Of a stretch of 64,000 nt of DNA, positions 27,140 through 38,858 are shown piece after piece. Position numbers and translations under genes: made by a program. The notes below the pieces were generated by a model. It had not been told where the DNA came from. It ran no database searches and worked only from the letters and a program-made list of their open reading frames with translations. Source of the DNA: Parasitella parasitica NRRL 2501 (Eukaryota > Fungi > Mucoromycota); NCBI GenBank assembly GCA_025201805.1, contig MU619245.1, forward strand, positions 6,697 through 70,696. Direction: 5' to 3'. Numbering within the stretch: position 1 is the first letter of the stretch; each line of letters begins with the position of its first letter.

Positions 27140-28330
27140 AAAACTTCTGGATGATCTTTAAAACTCCCTATCATTGCCAAAGCTGAATGTTGCGTGTAAA
27201 GTTCACATCTCGTTGTCATACACATTCACAGTTTTTACAGACTAAGACGGAATTCAAGGTAGATGCTATGCTGCTCCCAAATTTCAAAATTCCAAGTGCT
27301 CCTCTCCCGCAACCGCTTTATACTTGTATAACGTTCATTGATATCTATTAGCAGAAGACGACCTTGATTTTCGGCTTCATGTAGTAGTTTTTTAAAGGTC
27401 TTTGTTAAACCATACGGGCGTCCACGAACTGTTCTTCTTCTAAAATTGCCATCGCTTAAGCATGAGACAGGAGCCTCATCTTCGGGGCTTGAGAGAAATT
27501 CAAGCTTCCTCCATCTATTTCTACAATAGCATTAATAAAAAGATTATACCGCAAACATGCAAGAGGTGAAACTTGTCTTTTAGTTGATGACGATTCAATC
27601 AATGCCTCTGCAGGCTGTGGCGTTCTTCTTCTTCGCTTCCTGTTGAGTAAGCTATCCTGATTTTTACGAGCATCTGCGATATCTCTACTGAATTGACGAT
27701 CGACATCAGCACTGTATTTCTTTCCACAGGTTGAGAAAATATCAACGGGCACATTATGTTCCTTTTGACGACCGATGTAGTTGAAGTACTTTAACCGTTA
27801 AACTTCAAGACCATAAAATGAGAGAATTCTGTTCAATCAACCAAGTTATATCCACAATACACTGGTTGTTTTTGGTGGTGATATTTCTAATTCGTGAACA
27901 TCCACTACCTGATCATTATTCAATTAGCATATCCTTGCATCGCTTTAATTGGAATTTGAATATATGGTAGTTGAATTGGCTGGTGAACTCTGTTCTAGTA
28001 TTATTAAAGATTATACTTCATTCCATCTCTCCAAAGTTCTATCGACTAAATCTTCATAATTTTTCTCAATGGGTCGCTGGTTTTGGCCATTCTGTAGGAA
28101 ATCTTGAATTTTACAGTTAACTGATAAATATGCTAAGCAAACGATCCTAGCTTGGGATAATGATAGCTCCTTTTGATACATTTTATACAAACTTACCGAA
28201 ACACTTTGAAGAAAACAGCATTGTATATAAAGCGTATAGAAGGCGTCGGCATCTTTAACAACATGATTTAACATGCTTGTAGCACATATACTAGCACTTG
28301 ATGAAAGTATACCAGTAAAACCATGTGGTT
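27140..28330 (-). pseudogene. Fanzor1-type pseudogene, copy D (internally deleted)
   Basis: FYGLEV*RLKYFNYIGRQK..IFSTCGKKY; DGNFRRRTVRGRPYGLTKTFKKLLHEAENQGRLLLIDINERYTS (RuvC-II); LVCKNCECV*QRDVNFTRNI (Zn finger plus RuvC-III). RuvC-I was not seen. Confidence 0.82.
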
Positions 28331-28349
28331 GACGATTGCCAATTGATCG

Positions 28350-28800
28350 TTTTTTTTTTTTTTTTTTTTTTTTTTAATAAAACCTTTATTGTTCGAGACA
28401 GTGGAATAATACCATGTAGAGTTATATATGAAATATATCAAAATAAAGTAGTGTGTATAAAGAAAAGAAGAGAAAAATGATAAAATTCAAGAACGTTTGC
28501 TTTTAGACATTTATGCTTTATATGCTTAGACGATAAAAGAAAAATTGCTTGAACTTCTAATTTTGAAAATTCCGGGAAATGGATCCCTCTATATCTAAAG
28601 TACTTTATTAAATACTTGCTTTAATGCTTCATAGCCAACATGCTCATTATTATATTATGGGTTTCGTTTCATCTAGATGATAAACCAACTTAATTTCCAA
28701 ATATTGTGTGATTTATTGACTCGATCCTATCTAATTGAAGTTTTCTGAGGGTAATAAAATATTCTGTGAAATTGTGAAATTGTGAAATTGATTGATTTCG
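28350..28800 (-). mobile_element. Probable 3' end of a retroposed element (LINE tail) with poly(A)
   Basis: On the minus strand AATAAA (28390-28385) lies 9 nt before a 26-nt poly(A) (T at 28350-28375). Upstream NIWKLSWFII resembles the L1-type ORF2 C-terminal IWxxxW motif. Confidence 0.4.
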
Positions 28801-28834
28801 TTGCTTGGGTTCTCAATCATGGCCCCCCCCCCCC
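28765..28834. repeat. (TGTGAAAT)x3 tandem repeat and a C12 homopolymer
   Basis: Read directly at 28765-28788 and about 28823-28834. Confidence 0.85.
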
Positions 28835-29828
28835 TACTATTTAATTTCACTAGGAGCTGAATTTACTACTGCTATTTTATAATAAAGATCTTTTGCATAG
28901 ACGCAATGAATATAGAAAAGTGAAGTGTAAACTTCATAAATGATGAAGTTAAATAATATATTCATTGACTGAGAGTTGACTGCAGCTCATGCAGCAGAAT
29001 GACCATCCATTTACGGTAAGTATAATAATCTGCCGAAAATGATTTACGTGCGTGAACTAAGCACTCTAGTCCTGCATTATCTAACCACCTAATCATTTCA
29101 CAAAACTCAGATATGGTACACGATCATAAAATGGAGTGCAAATTATAATTAAATTGCATAAGACTTCCCATAATTTACGTAGTAAAATCATAATGTATAC
29201 ATGTACATTTTATTATGTAAATTAACGCCGTCGGCGTAAGGTGTTCGATCAACACATCATACTTGCATATGAGTACAATCACATACAAAAGTGTCTCATT
29301 CATGAAAGACTAGAGACATTACAGAGCAAATAATTAAGCAGCTGATTGGGTGAATAAAAAAAAGCGAAAAGAATGGACCCATCACAATAGCACTTTCAAG
29401 GGTTTTTTCGATCATTTGTGAAAAGAAAGATAGGCAATGTTGGTTATTTATGCTATACATTTTAACCAGATGATGCTGATATATTGTTGGAAAAGGAAGG
29501 ATACAGAAATTGCGGTAGCTGCCTATTCATTACCGCACATGCGATGCTAATTGTATTGCAATTATGGACACTGTAACACCAATTTGAAGGCGAGTCCTAT
29601 CCTCAAATAGGCAATCCAATTCTCGGTGAATTTACCTTTACAGAATGTTGTTGGTGGGTCTACTAAGAGCCCTGAATTCATTAGTGGAACATACTTAATA
29701 ATGAACTACTTTTTAAAAACAAATGAGTGCCGATATTCATTGTATGTATACAAAGGTCATATTTTACGTTTTGTATTTTACTTTTCTTTTCTTTCTCTCA
29801 ATATTTCAAAAAAAAAAAAAAAATAATA

Positions 29829-31321
29829 ATGCACTTAAGAAATTTAGCAACTTTAATAGCCTTGGTGACTTCCACAATGGCCTCAAGTTCAAAGTATTGC
29901 TCTGGAGACACATTTGGAGTCAAAGATTCCATCTGTGGCAAGTTTGAATTTAGCAAGATATCAAATTCGGGGCAATGCACTGACAGTAAAAAAAAGGCAA
30001 AAGGCGAGTTCTCTGGTGTAAAGCTTTCCAACTGCACAACGTAAGTTTCAATAGATTGCAAAAATAGTGTCTTCCTTTATTCACACACAAGTACACTTTA
30101 CACATTAGCTTCTACGATATTAGTGGCTTACCAAACCAGACAATAGATCCAGCAGCAAGCAAAATGGCAGAATTAATCACTAATGTGTAAGCCTTTTTTT
30201 TACTTATTCACAAAGTATTATCACTCAATAGCAATTTTAATCCAGGTTTGAGAATGGAGATACCAAGATGGGATATGCTGTAAATATCTTGGTCAACAAA
30301 CAAACATACGCATCATGACTTAACATACCAATTAAATTAGGCTGTGGAGAAATTGGGTGATTGTCGAGGATTTACTTGGTAAATTGGCCTACATATCGTA
30401 TGTAACCTGCATGGTTTTGACAACATCTAATAGTGGATACATTGGGTTTACTACTGGTACTAATGATGCATATGCTGTCGTAAATGAATACGTCAAGAGA
30501 CAGCCCAAAGCCAGCATGAAAAAGTATTTGGGTGAATTGGCACGATTAAGCAAATTTACCTTTGGCGATCCACAACGAGATAATACTGACAAATTAGGTG
30601 GTTTTGATGCAGCTTGGAAAAAGGCAACTTGTGATGATCCTGTATTCGTTCAAACTCAACTGGACGTTGGACAATCCATGTATATGAAACCAGCATTGAC
30701 ATATGCTGCTAGCGTTGGCGTTAAATCAAATCTCGGAAAAGCCATCTTCTACGGTAAGTTTACTAATGAACGGCATCTTTGTTTGTGGGTTTATTAAGAA
30801 ACGTCTTTGTTTAGATACTATTGTTCAACATGGTTGGCAGGTAAAAAAAAAAAGATCAGCTCATGAACCATTAACACGAGCTAATTGTTAAAGTACAATC
30901 ATGTAGTACGTTGAACCTTACATCAATCTTCCTCGTATTCTTCACTTAACGGGAGCAATGAAGAAGGGCGAATCAGAAAAGGACTATTTGACAAGATTTA
31001 TCACTACACGTCGCCAATTAGTATGCTGCTATCCTGGAGGCGTCTGGTAAGCATACAGTCAATACATGTGTCAAGCATTACTAACTGTGACATTGTAGGA
31101 ATGATTCTGCTGATCGTATGCAGGATCTTCAGACACTGGTTGACGAATGGTCTACAACAAAAGACCTTAAAAACCCCATTTCACTCAAGATCTATGGAAT
31201 CAAAATTACAGGCAAAGAAAACATAATGGCGGATAGTAAGAGGTGCAAATCCAGCAGGAAATCCACCAAAACAGCTAAATCTATTTCTCTCCCAATCCCT
31301 AATGTTTGTCCTAAAAAATAA
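29829..31321 (+). CDS. Secreted chitosanase, glycoside hydrolase family 46, many short exons
   Basis: Signal peptide MHLRNLATLIALVTSTMAS. Spliced core ITNVFENGDTKMGYAAVEKLGDCRGFTCGYIGFTTGTNDA matches the GH46 ExS/N...GDGRGYTxGxxGFxxGT motif. Also YDTIVQHG. Confidence 0.88.
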
Positions 31322-31475
31322 AATTTCTCATCTTCTGGGAATTCCCCATGACAATTGTATTTTGGTTTTTGCTTAAACTTTAACCCTGGAAAAAATAATT
31401 TATAATTCGATTTCTTTTTCTTTTGCTTTTTCTTTACATGTCAAAGTGACAACGATCCCTATAATAAAACCAGCA

Positions 31476-32921
31476 ATGGAGCAAATGGAATATAGATATC
31501 TTGGTAACTCTGGCTTGAAAGTTAGTGTTTTAACACTTGGTTCGTGGATTACATTTGGCAAGTAAAAAAAAAATAACTAAGGAGAGATTATCGTATATGC
31601 TAAACAATGTAAATAGGTGGGCAGATATCTCCTGGTAAACAATAGCATACTTCGCCAGTAAATAGCTGTACAACTAATATATCCAAAAGAACAAACATCG
31701 GAAATTGTCAGTACAGCATTAGAGTTGGGCATCAATCATTTTGACGTTGCAGAGAGTCATGCCGGTAAAAATAAAATCGCTCGGTTGCTATACTTTTTCT
31801 TTACTGATTGAGCATGTTCGCAAGAATAGGCGGACAAGCAGAAATTGATTTAGGACTAGCATTAAGAAATCAAAAAGGATTAAGAAGGTCTGATTTTGTA
31901 TTGTCTACCAAAGTGTTTTGGGGTGGTAAAGGGCCAAACGACAGAGGATTATCGAGAAAACACGTATTTGAAGGTACCGTGGCGTGTCTGCAAAGACTTC
32001 AGTTGGACTATGTCGATATATTGTACGCACAACGACCAGATCCTGATACGCCAATGGAAGAAATTGTCAGGGCATTTAATTGGTGTATCGACAAAGGCAT
32101 GGCATTATATTGGGGTACAAGCGAATGGCCGGCATATTTAATTACAGAGGCTATGAATGTTGCGAATCGACTACAGCTTATTGCTCCCATTACCGAGGTA
32201 AGAAAACAATGGCAAATAGCAGTTGAGCATGAGCAAAAAAAAAATATAAAACGTCTCATCAATTAGTCTCCTCAATACAACATGTTGAATCGTGAACGCA
32301 TCGAAAAAGAGTATTTACCAATGTATCAAAACTACAGTCTTGGAACTTGTATATGGTCTCCATTAGCGTCTGGTGAGCATGTCATGTTTATATGGAAGAG
32401 ACACAATTTAACCCTATTAACACAGGGCTTTTGAGTGGAAAATACAATGACGGCCAAATACCAAAACTCACCCGATTAGCCATCCAAGATCATCCTGTCA
32501 TCAATCGTTTAAGATCTGGATTTTTCAGCGACGAAGGAAGAAGAAAATTAGAAAAGATAAGAATGATGTGTGTAAGTTTTTGATTCAAATGGTGGATGAG
32601 AGCGTTCGATAGCCAATAACCCCTACTATAGAATATTGCAAAGCGAATTGGATGCACGCCCGCCCAATTGGGCATTGCTTGGTGCTTGAAAAATCGAAAT
32701 GTCACTTCTGTCATCATTGGGGCTTCAACACCTGCTCAAGCAAGAGAAAATATTCAAGCGTTGGGTGTTATACGATTAGTAACAGATGAGATCATGCTTG
32801 AGCTGGATAGGGTAAACATAATCGTAAAAACAAGTAACTATTTGGATAACCTAACCTATGATTCTGTACGTAGCTATTGGCGAATAAGCCAGAAGATGTA
32901 TTTGATTTCAGAAAATCATAA
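31476..32921 (+). CDS. Aldo-keto reductase, voltage-gated K+ channel beta-subunit-like
   Basis: [70 protein letters not shown]. Confidence 0.92.
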
Positions 32922-33876
32922 CTATACGTCCTTTCTCAAAGTAAAAAAAAAGTAGCTTTACAATCAATGCAATGCTCTTTAATGTGTTTAAAAACTATAT
33001 TTTCATAAAATTAGGATGCAGATAACGATAAAACGATAGTGATATAATAACTTTGTTTATTGACCAGTTACGAGTGTTTTAAGCCAAATAACTGTTAAAG
33101 TTGGATTTTATTTCTCCTTAAGGTATTTGGAGTGAACAAGCAACTTCACAATCCATCAAAACTTTTATCTACCAAAACTTAACTATATCTCTCATATCGC
33201 CACATCAAGATGAATAGTGAGTAATTAATAGAGCGACATAAACTCAACTTAATAATCCATTATTCGTTGCTAATGCTGAACTAATTTCTATCAAACAAAT
33301 ATTTTTTTTAGTTCGTTTGTCCATCGTATTATTATTCGTTTATACAAAAAGACATTTGACATGGCTTGCTAACGAACAGAATTTATGTGCTTCAAACCAA
33401 AATTGCTTTCTATTTGTTCTCTTTTACGCAATCGACTTTGTGGTAGATACAGCTATCAATTCAAATACCTGTTTTTATTAAGCTGTTATCAGTTTTATAT
33501 ATCAGTTGTTTTTCAATTTCTTTTGGTTCATTTGAAAAAAAAAAGTTTCTGGATTCGCAAGTATAAGTTATTTTTTCGTTGCTTGCTTTGAAACGTTTAC
33601 CTTGATGTTTGGGGTGATCGGATTACTATCTATGTACATTGATGGCGGAGCACAAACATCCGAATCTGTACCCCTGAGCTGCTTGAGGTTTTGACATCCA
33701 ATTGATGGGAACGAGAAATGACAGGAATAAAGGAATTTTACCTCTCTTTTTTTTTTTTTTTTTTTTTTTTTTTCAATATGCTTTATTCAAATATATATAT
33801 CTATATATACATAATACAAATTCTGAGCGGCAAGAAAAAGGAAAGCTGAGATTACATACACATATACAATGTTTTC

Positions 33877-35255
33877 TTAATAATGAGTCATGATGGAATC
33901 AGCATGATTAGGCGTTGTCGAAGTAGTAATAGTAGTAGCAGTAGTAATGGCAGTAATTGGAGTAGGATAATGAGAAACAGAGGTAGGAGAGGCAGTGGTA
34001 GTTGTCGTATATTCGTAAAGTGGCATTTGATGCTGCTGAACTGGTATCATAGAAGGCACAGAAGGAGCGGCAGGTAAACTATGGTGAAATTCTTGTGATT
34101 GTTGTACTTGCAGTTCTTGATGATGATGTTGATGCTGATGTGGTTGATGATGAGGAGAAGAGGCGGAATGAAAGACAGGAAATTCAAGACTTGAATTGCT
34201 TTTATTACTTGAATATGTTGGATATGTGGAGGAAGAAGAGCGCTTGTCTTGTTGAGGTTGCTGATGCTGATGAAATGAGTCTTGAGATTGGAGATAAATG
34301 GGATGGTTTGGAATATAATAGTTGTGGGCTACTTGATTTGAATAAAAATACGGTGCTGGATCATCTGCAAATAATGGATGAAGTTGATCCACAATATTAA
34401 ACTGAACTGCCAAGGCTTTGGCTCGAGCAAATGTAACCCAAACGCCTTTAAGATGCATTGCTCCTACTTTGACAACGACACGACCCTTTTCATTTTTAAG
34501 TATACCATCTCTTTTGCCTCGAGACATACCAGTGACATTGAGCAATTTTGTGCCGTTAACCATGTCGTTATCTATTGATAAAAAGGTGAGAAAATCATAG
34601 GGTTGAGAGTAAATTTAATTTTACCTTGGCGTCGTGCAACACAAATACTTCGCACATCAACTTGATAACATACAGTTTCTTCATCGTCCCACAAAGAAGT
34701 AGTGATTCGAGGCCTTTGGGCTGGCTGCTGCTGTTGTTGCTGCTGCTGATGTTGCGAATACTCCAGTTGCTGCTGATGCAAAGATGTTGGTACGGAATTT
34801 ATAGGGTGAATAGACGTTAATGATCGAATAGACGACCGTTGTGATACAGTATCTATCATCATTGTATTATTTGAGTTGATAAGAGGGGATGAAAACGGCG
34901 AAGCATTATAATGATTATAAGATGATTGATCTTGCTGTTGTACATTTGTAGGAAAACAAGAATGTATATGTTGCTGGCATTGTTGCTCATCCCAGGCTTG
35001 CTGTTGATGATGTTGCTGATGATGTGGCTGCTGAGATGCCATTGATGGCGGGTGATTGTGCTGATGAATACCTAAATCTGTTGTGCTCATACTATGCTGC
35101 TCCATAGAGTATATCATATCATTGAAAGCATACATTGGACCATCATTATTGTAATTATTTGTAGGAGGTGTTGTACATGACAGCTCTGTAAAATCTGTGT
35201 ATTTAACTGGACTATTATTGTTTGCTTGAAAGATGGGGTCGCCATATGAAAACAT
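33877..35255 (-). CDS. APSES transcription factor (StuA/Efg1/Sok2/Phd1 clade), 2 exons
   Basis: RPRITTSLWDDEETVCYQVDVRSICVARRQ|DNDMVNGTKLLNVTGMSRGKRDGILKNEK..VVKVGAMHLKGVWV, flanked by Q/H-rich low-complexity regions. Confidence 0.94.
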
Positions 35256-37234
35256 TTCGCTTTGTTTCGTCGATTTGTGTGCCTGCGCAGTAGCTATGAA
35301 ATACAGTGTGGGAAATATATGATGGATTCAACGGATTTGCTTTCTGATTTGATATCTTTTAACTTTGCTTGATGTTTGCTAATGCCTCTTTTTTTAGGGC
35401 TTCAAGGCACGCTTTTCTTATCTTTAAAAGGGGTAACTTTTTAATTAAAAAAAGAAGGAAACGTGGAAGGAAGGAAGGTGGCGGAGAGGTCAGTCTTTTC
35501 TATAAATTGATAGATTCTTCTTCAAAAACACTTAATTTTCGAAAAAGAAAATGAAAACGAAAAGAAACACTGCCTAACTATTCAAAATACAAGGCTTTTT
35601 ATACATATGAATTGATGTAAACGGAGTCACTTTAAAAAAAAAATAGTAATACACCCCAGAAGGTGAAGACGCAACGAGAAAAAAAGGGTCCATCAAGCTG
35701 TATTAGATTAGAGAGACATCTACGGTTCTCATCTTTATAATTAATTTTAATAAAAAAACTGTTAAGATAGTACTTTTGTATTTTTCTGTGTATCCACCTA
35801 CTCCCCCCCCCCCTGCTGAAGACATTAAATTAATTATATGATGAGATTGTTTTAGTCGTTATGAAAGCTTATTATGAATGAAGAGGACAGCAGAAGATGA
35901 GTTGTGATCCTTGTTTATTCAATCTCCGATGTCGATATTGTATCTCCGATTTTAAATTCCAGCATTTATTTCTTTGTTTCTCATTGGAGGGGATTAGTAC
36001 TAACCTTGATTCGAGTAGCGTATTAGGATCAAATTCTCAAATAGAATTAGAAAAAAAGTACAACAAGACAACAATTGAGAGATAACATTGATTGCAGAAT
36101 TGCACCGAGTAATTCAATTCTCAAGACAAAACTGTGAAAATCTTTAATGATGGTATATCAATGCCTGACATTTTTTTTGGGTAAACTGAAGACATCATCT
36201 TTAATAATTCCAATAGGATACAGCTATTTATTATCAAATGAAACAATAGAGCGGGGAGATCTGGTCTCTCATTATTTTTTTATGTATATTATGTAATAGA
36301 TGACAGATAATACAAATTAATCAAACTGTTAAAAGCACATTACCATAAGATGTTCATAGATATATCTTTCCCAGTATTTCTCTTTTTGTGATATTAAACA
36401 ATTTAAGGTTGAAAGATCGTTAATTATTAAATCCATAAAAGAATGAAATCGACAATGCCGTGGAAGTTATTGATATAATAAAAGAAAGCCAGCAAAGTTT
36501 GTTACAAGCTAATCCAAATTAAGGTTAAATGCGAGCACGTCAAACTGTAAGAAACAAAACGAATTACATCTATTACGACACAAACAAGTGAATTGCCAGT
36601 TACAAATGACAAAGCTTATTCGCGCAATCACTGTCAGATAGGGAAAGGCATTACAAAGATATCAAATCCTCATGTTCTTTCCATTATATAAAGGATAAAT
36701 TACATACGATAGATAATGGATAAATTAAATTACATACGATAGTAATGGATCATCGCTCCTCTTTTTTAGTATTCTTTGTATGATCTGGAGAAACAATATT
36801 AGCACCAACAAAGGACATCAAGCTACCCCTGTTGTATTATTCTAAAATTTCTTTCTAAATCGACATGAATGTAATGCCACAAAAAACATATCCAAATTTC
36901 TAATAAAAAAAAGTCGTTGTACTAATCGAATCAATAATAAAGATGGTCTCTTTTGAATCATCAGAATTCATGGCCACAACTAAGATTGATTTTACCTAAA
37001 ATTTTTTTGATCGGTGATATGGGCAACATGGCATCGATAAGGAATTAGTCTTTTGAGGAAGTATATAATGTTCATTTATTGGTAGAATATAAGGTTGAAT
37101 GTGTGCATCGTAAACATACAATCTAACTCGTCAATATAAATATCTTGTTTGTTAAACAAACTGAATATTTTTTGTACGCGATAAAAAACGGAATACAAGA
37201 AGCGTAGAAGAGACCATATTATGGTAAATTATAT

Positions 37235-37237
<3 letters not shown>

Positions 37238-37312
<75 letters not shown>
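37238..37312. repeat. 75-nt poly(T) tract in the long intergenic region upstream of the APSES gene
   Basis: Read directly. Confidence 0.9.
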
Positions 37313-38858
37313 CATTTGAAGTAGAACTGAGCAAAATAAGCGATTATCCGTTTATTGGTACCATTGTCGTATTTCAAAGAGGAAATTATTTATATGAAAC
37401 AGAAGTAGCATTTTTTTTTAAATCCTGATGATGCCTGTTCCTGGATTCACTGAAGAATTACCAAGTTCAATAATGACGTTATGATAGTATTGTTACGAAA
37501 TGCAAATCTTAATATAGATGGTTTCTGTATGGCCAGTATATTCTACACAAAGTGACAGATTCCAATCATCATCATATATGTCTATTGCAATATATCAAGA
37601 AAAGAAAACGGTTTGTTTTTCATAGATAATTATATTATAGATATCCAATGCCATTTGGAACATTTATGAAGTAATGAGCTTTCTGCACGATTGTAAAATA
37701 TCCCTGTAACGATCGCTTAATTGTAAATAAATGTACTATTTCGTCTCTTATTTTTGCTTCATTTATCCATGCATTCATTGTGTTTAATATCGTATGTAGT
37801 GTCACCACAAGTAAAAATAAATCAAGAGACCGCCTTCTCATTCGAATAGATGTAAACACCCGTTCTTTTCCTCTTGCCATGTTCACAAAACTTTATGGCA
37901 GACATGTCGAATATACATTGATGGATACTTTGAGTTAATAGCTACAAAAATTTGATGTACACAATGTGGCAAAGCTATTTTGGAGCACAAGATGTGTGGT
38001 TTGATGATACTATGAAAGCTTCTCTACTTTTTTGTGCCAAGAATAATTAAAGGTAATATCTATATATACGTATCCGAAGTAAAAATTTGGCTACCACCTT
38101 GATTGTGTTTCAAAGCAGGGCGTTGTGTTAGCTGTATAAAAGACACCTGATTTCATGTTAATTAAATTTTTGGAAAATGAAAATTGAGTTACACTTCATT
38201 CTTTTGCTGAATGCACATATTTAGTATTTTCTACTTATGAAAATAGTATTAAATCTGCTATTTAGAGCAAAAAAACGTTGTCATTTAATACAAATATTAT
38301 TTATCGTCACCTAAGCGTCAAAATCACATAGACAGAGATTTACTATTTAATATACTTGCAATTTTGGATGTCTAGGAAACATTAAAACTTTGTATCAAGA
38401 CCATCAATATTAACGGCCTGATCTGTTTATAACATAACATTTTCGGACACGTACTGGATTGCTTTTCACAATGGCTAAATGCAACGAAAAAGTGATTCCT
38501 TTCTTCGCTTAAATCCGAGCTGCTCCAATGTTTCCAAGACAATGGGCAAAGATCAAGTGTTAACGATAGCAATTAGCCCTGCTGGTCTTTGCTGCCTCCT
38601 ACTCCAAATAACCTTCTTCTGTTTCAACGGTTCCTAGTGCACACAATTCAATACTAAGCAAGCAGTATCGTACAATGTTGCGCAAGTTGCCTCTCAATTT
38701 TAACATGGAAGATTGTACTGCATTAATCATTTTAAAAAAGGGGTGTTGGTTATACACCATAGTCAAAGAATATTTATATACAACAAGAAATTAGTATGAC
38801 GAGAATGTAAAAATAAATTGGAAATATTAATAATACAAGAGCTCTGCAATCTGATGAT

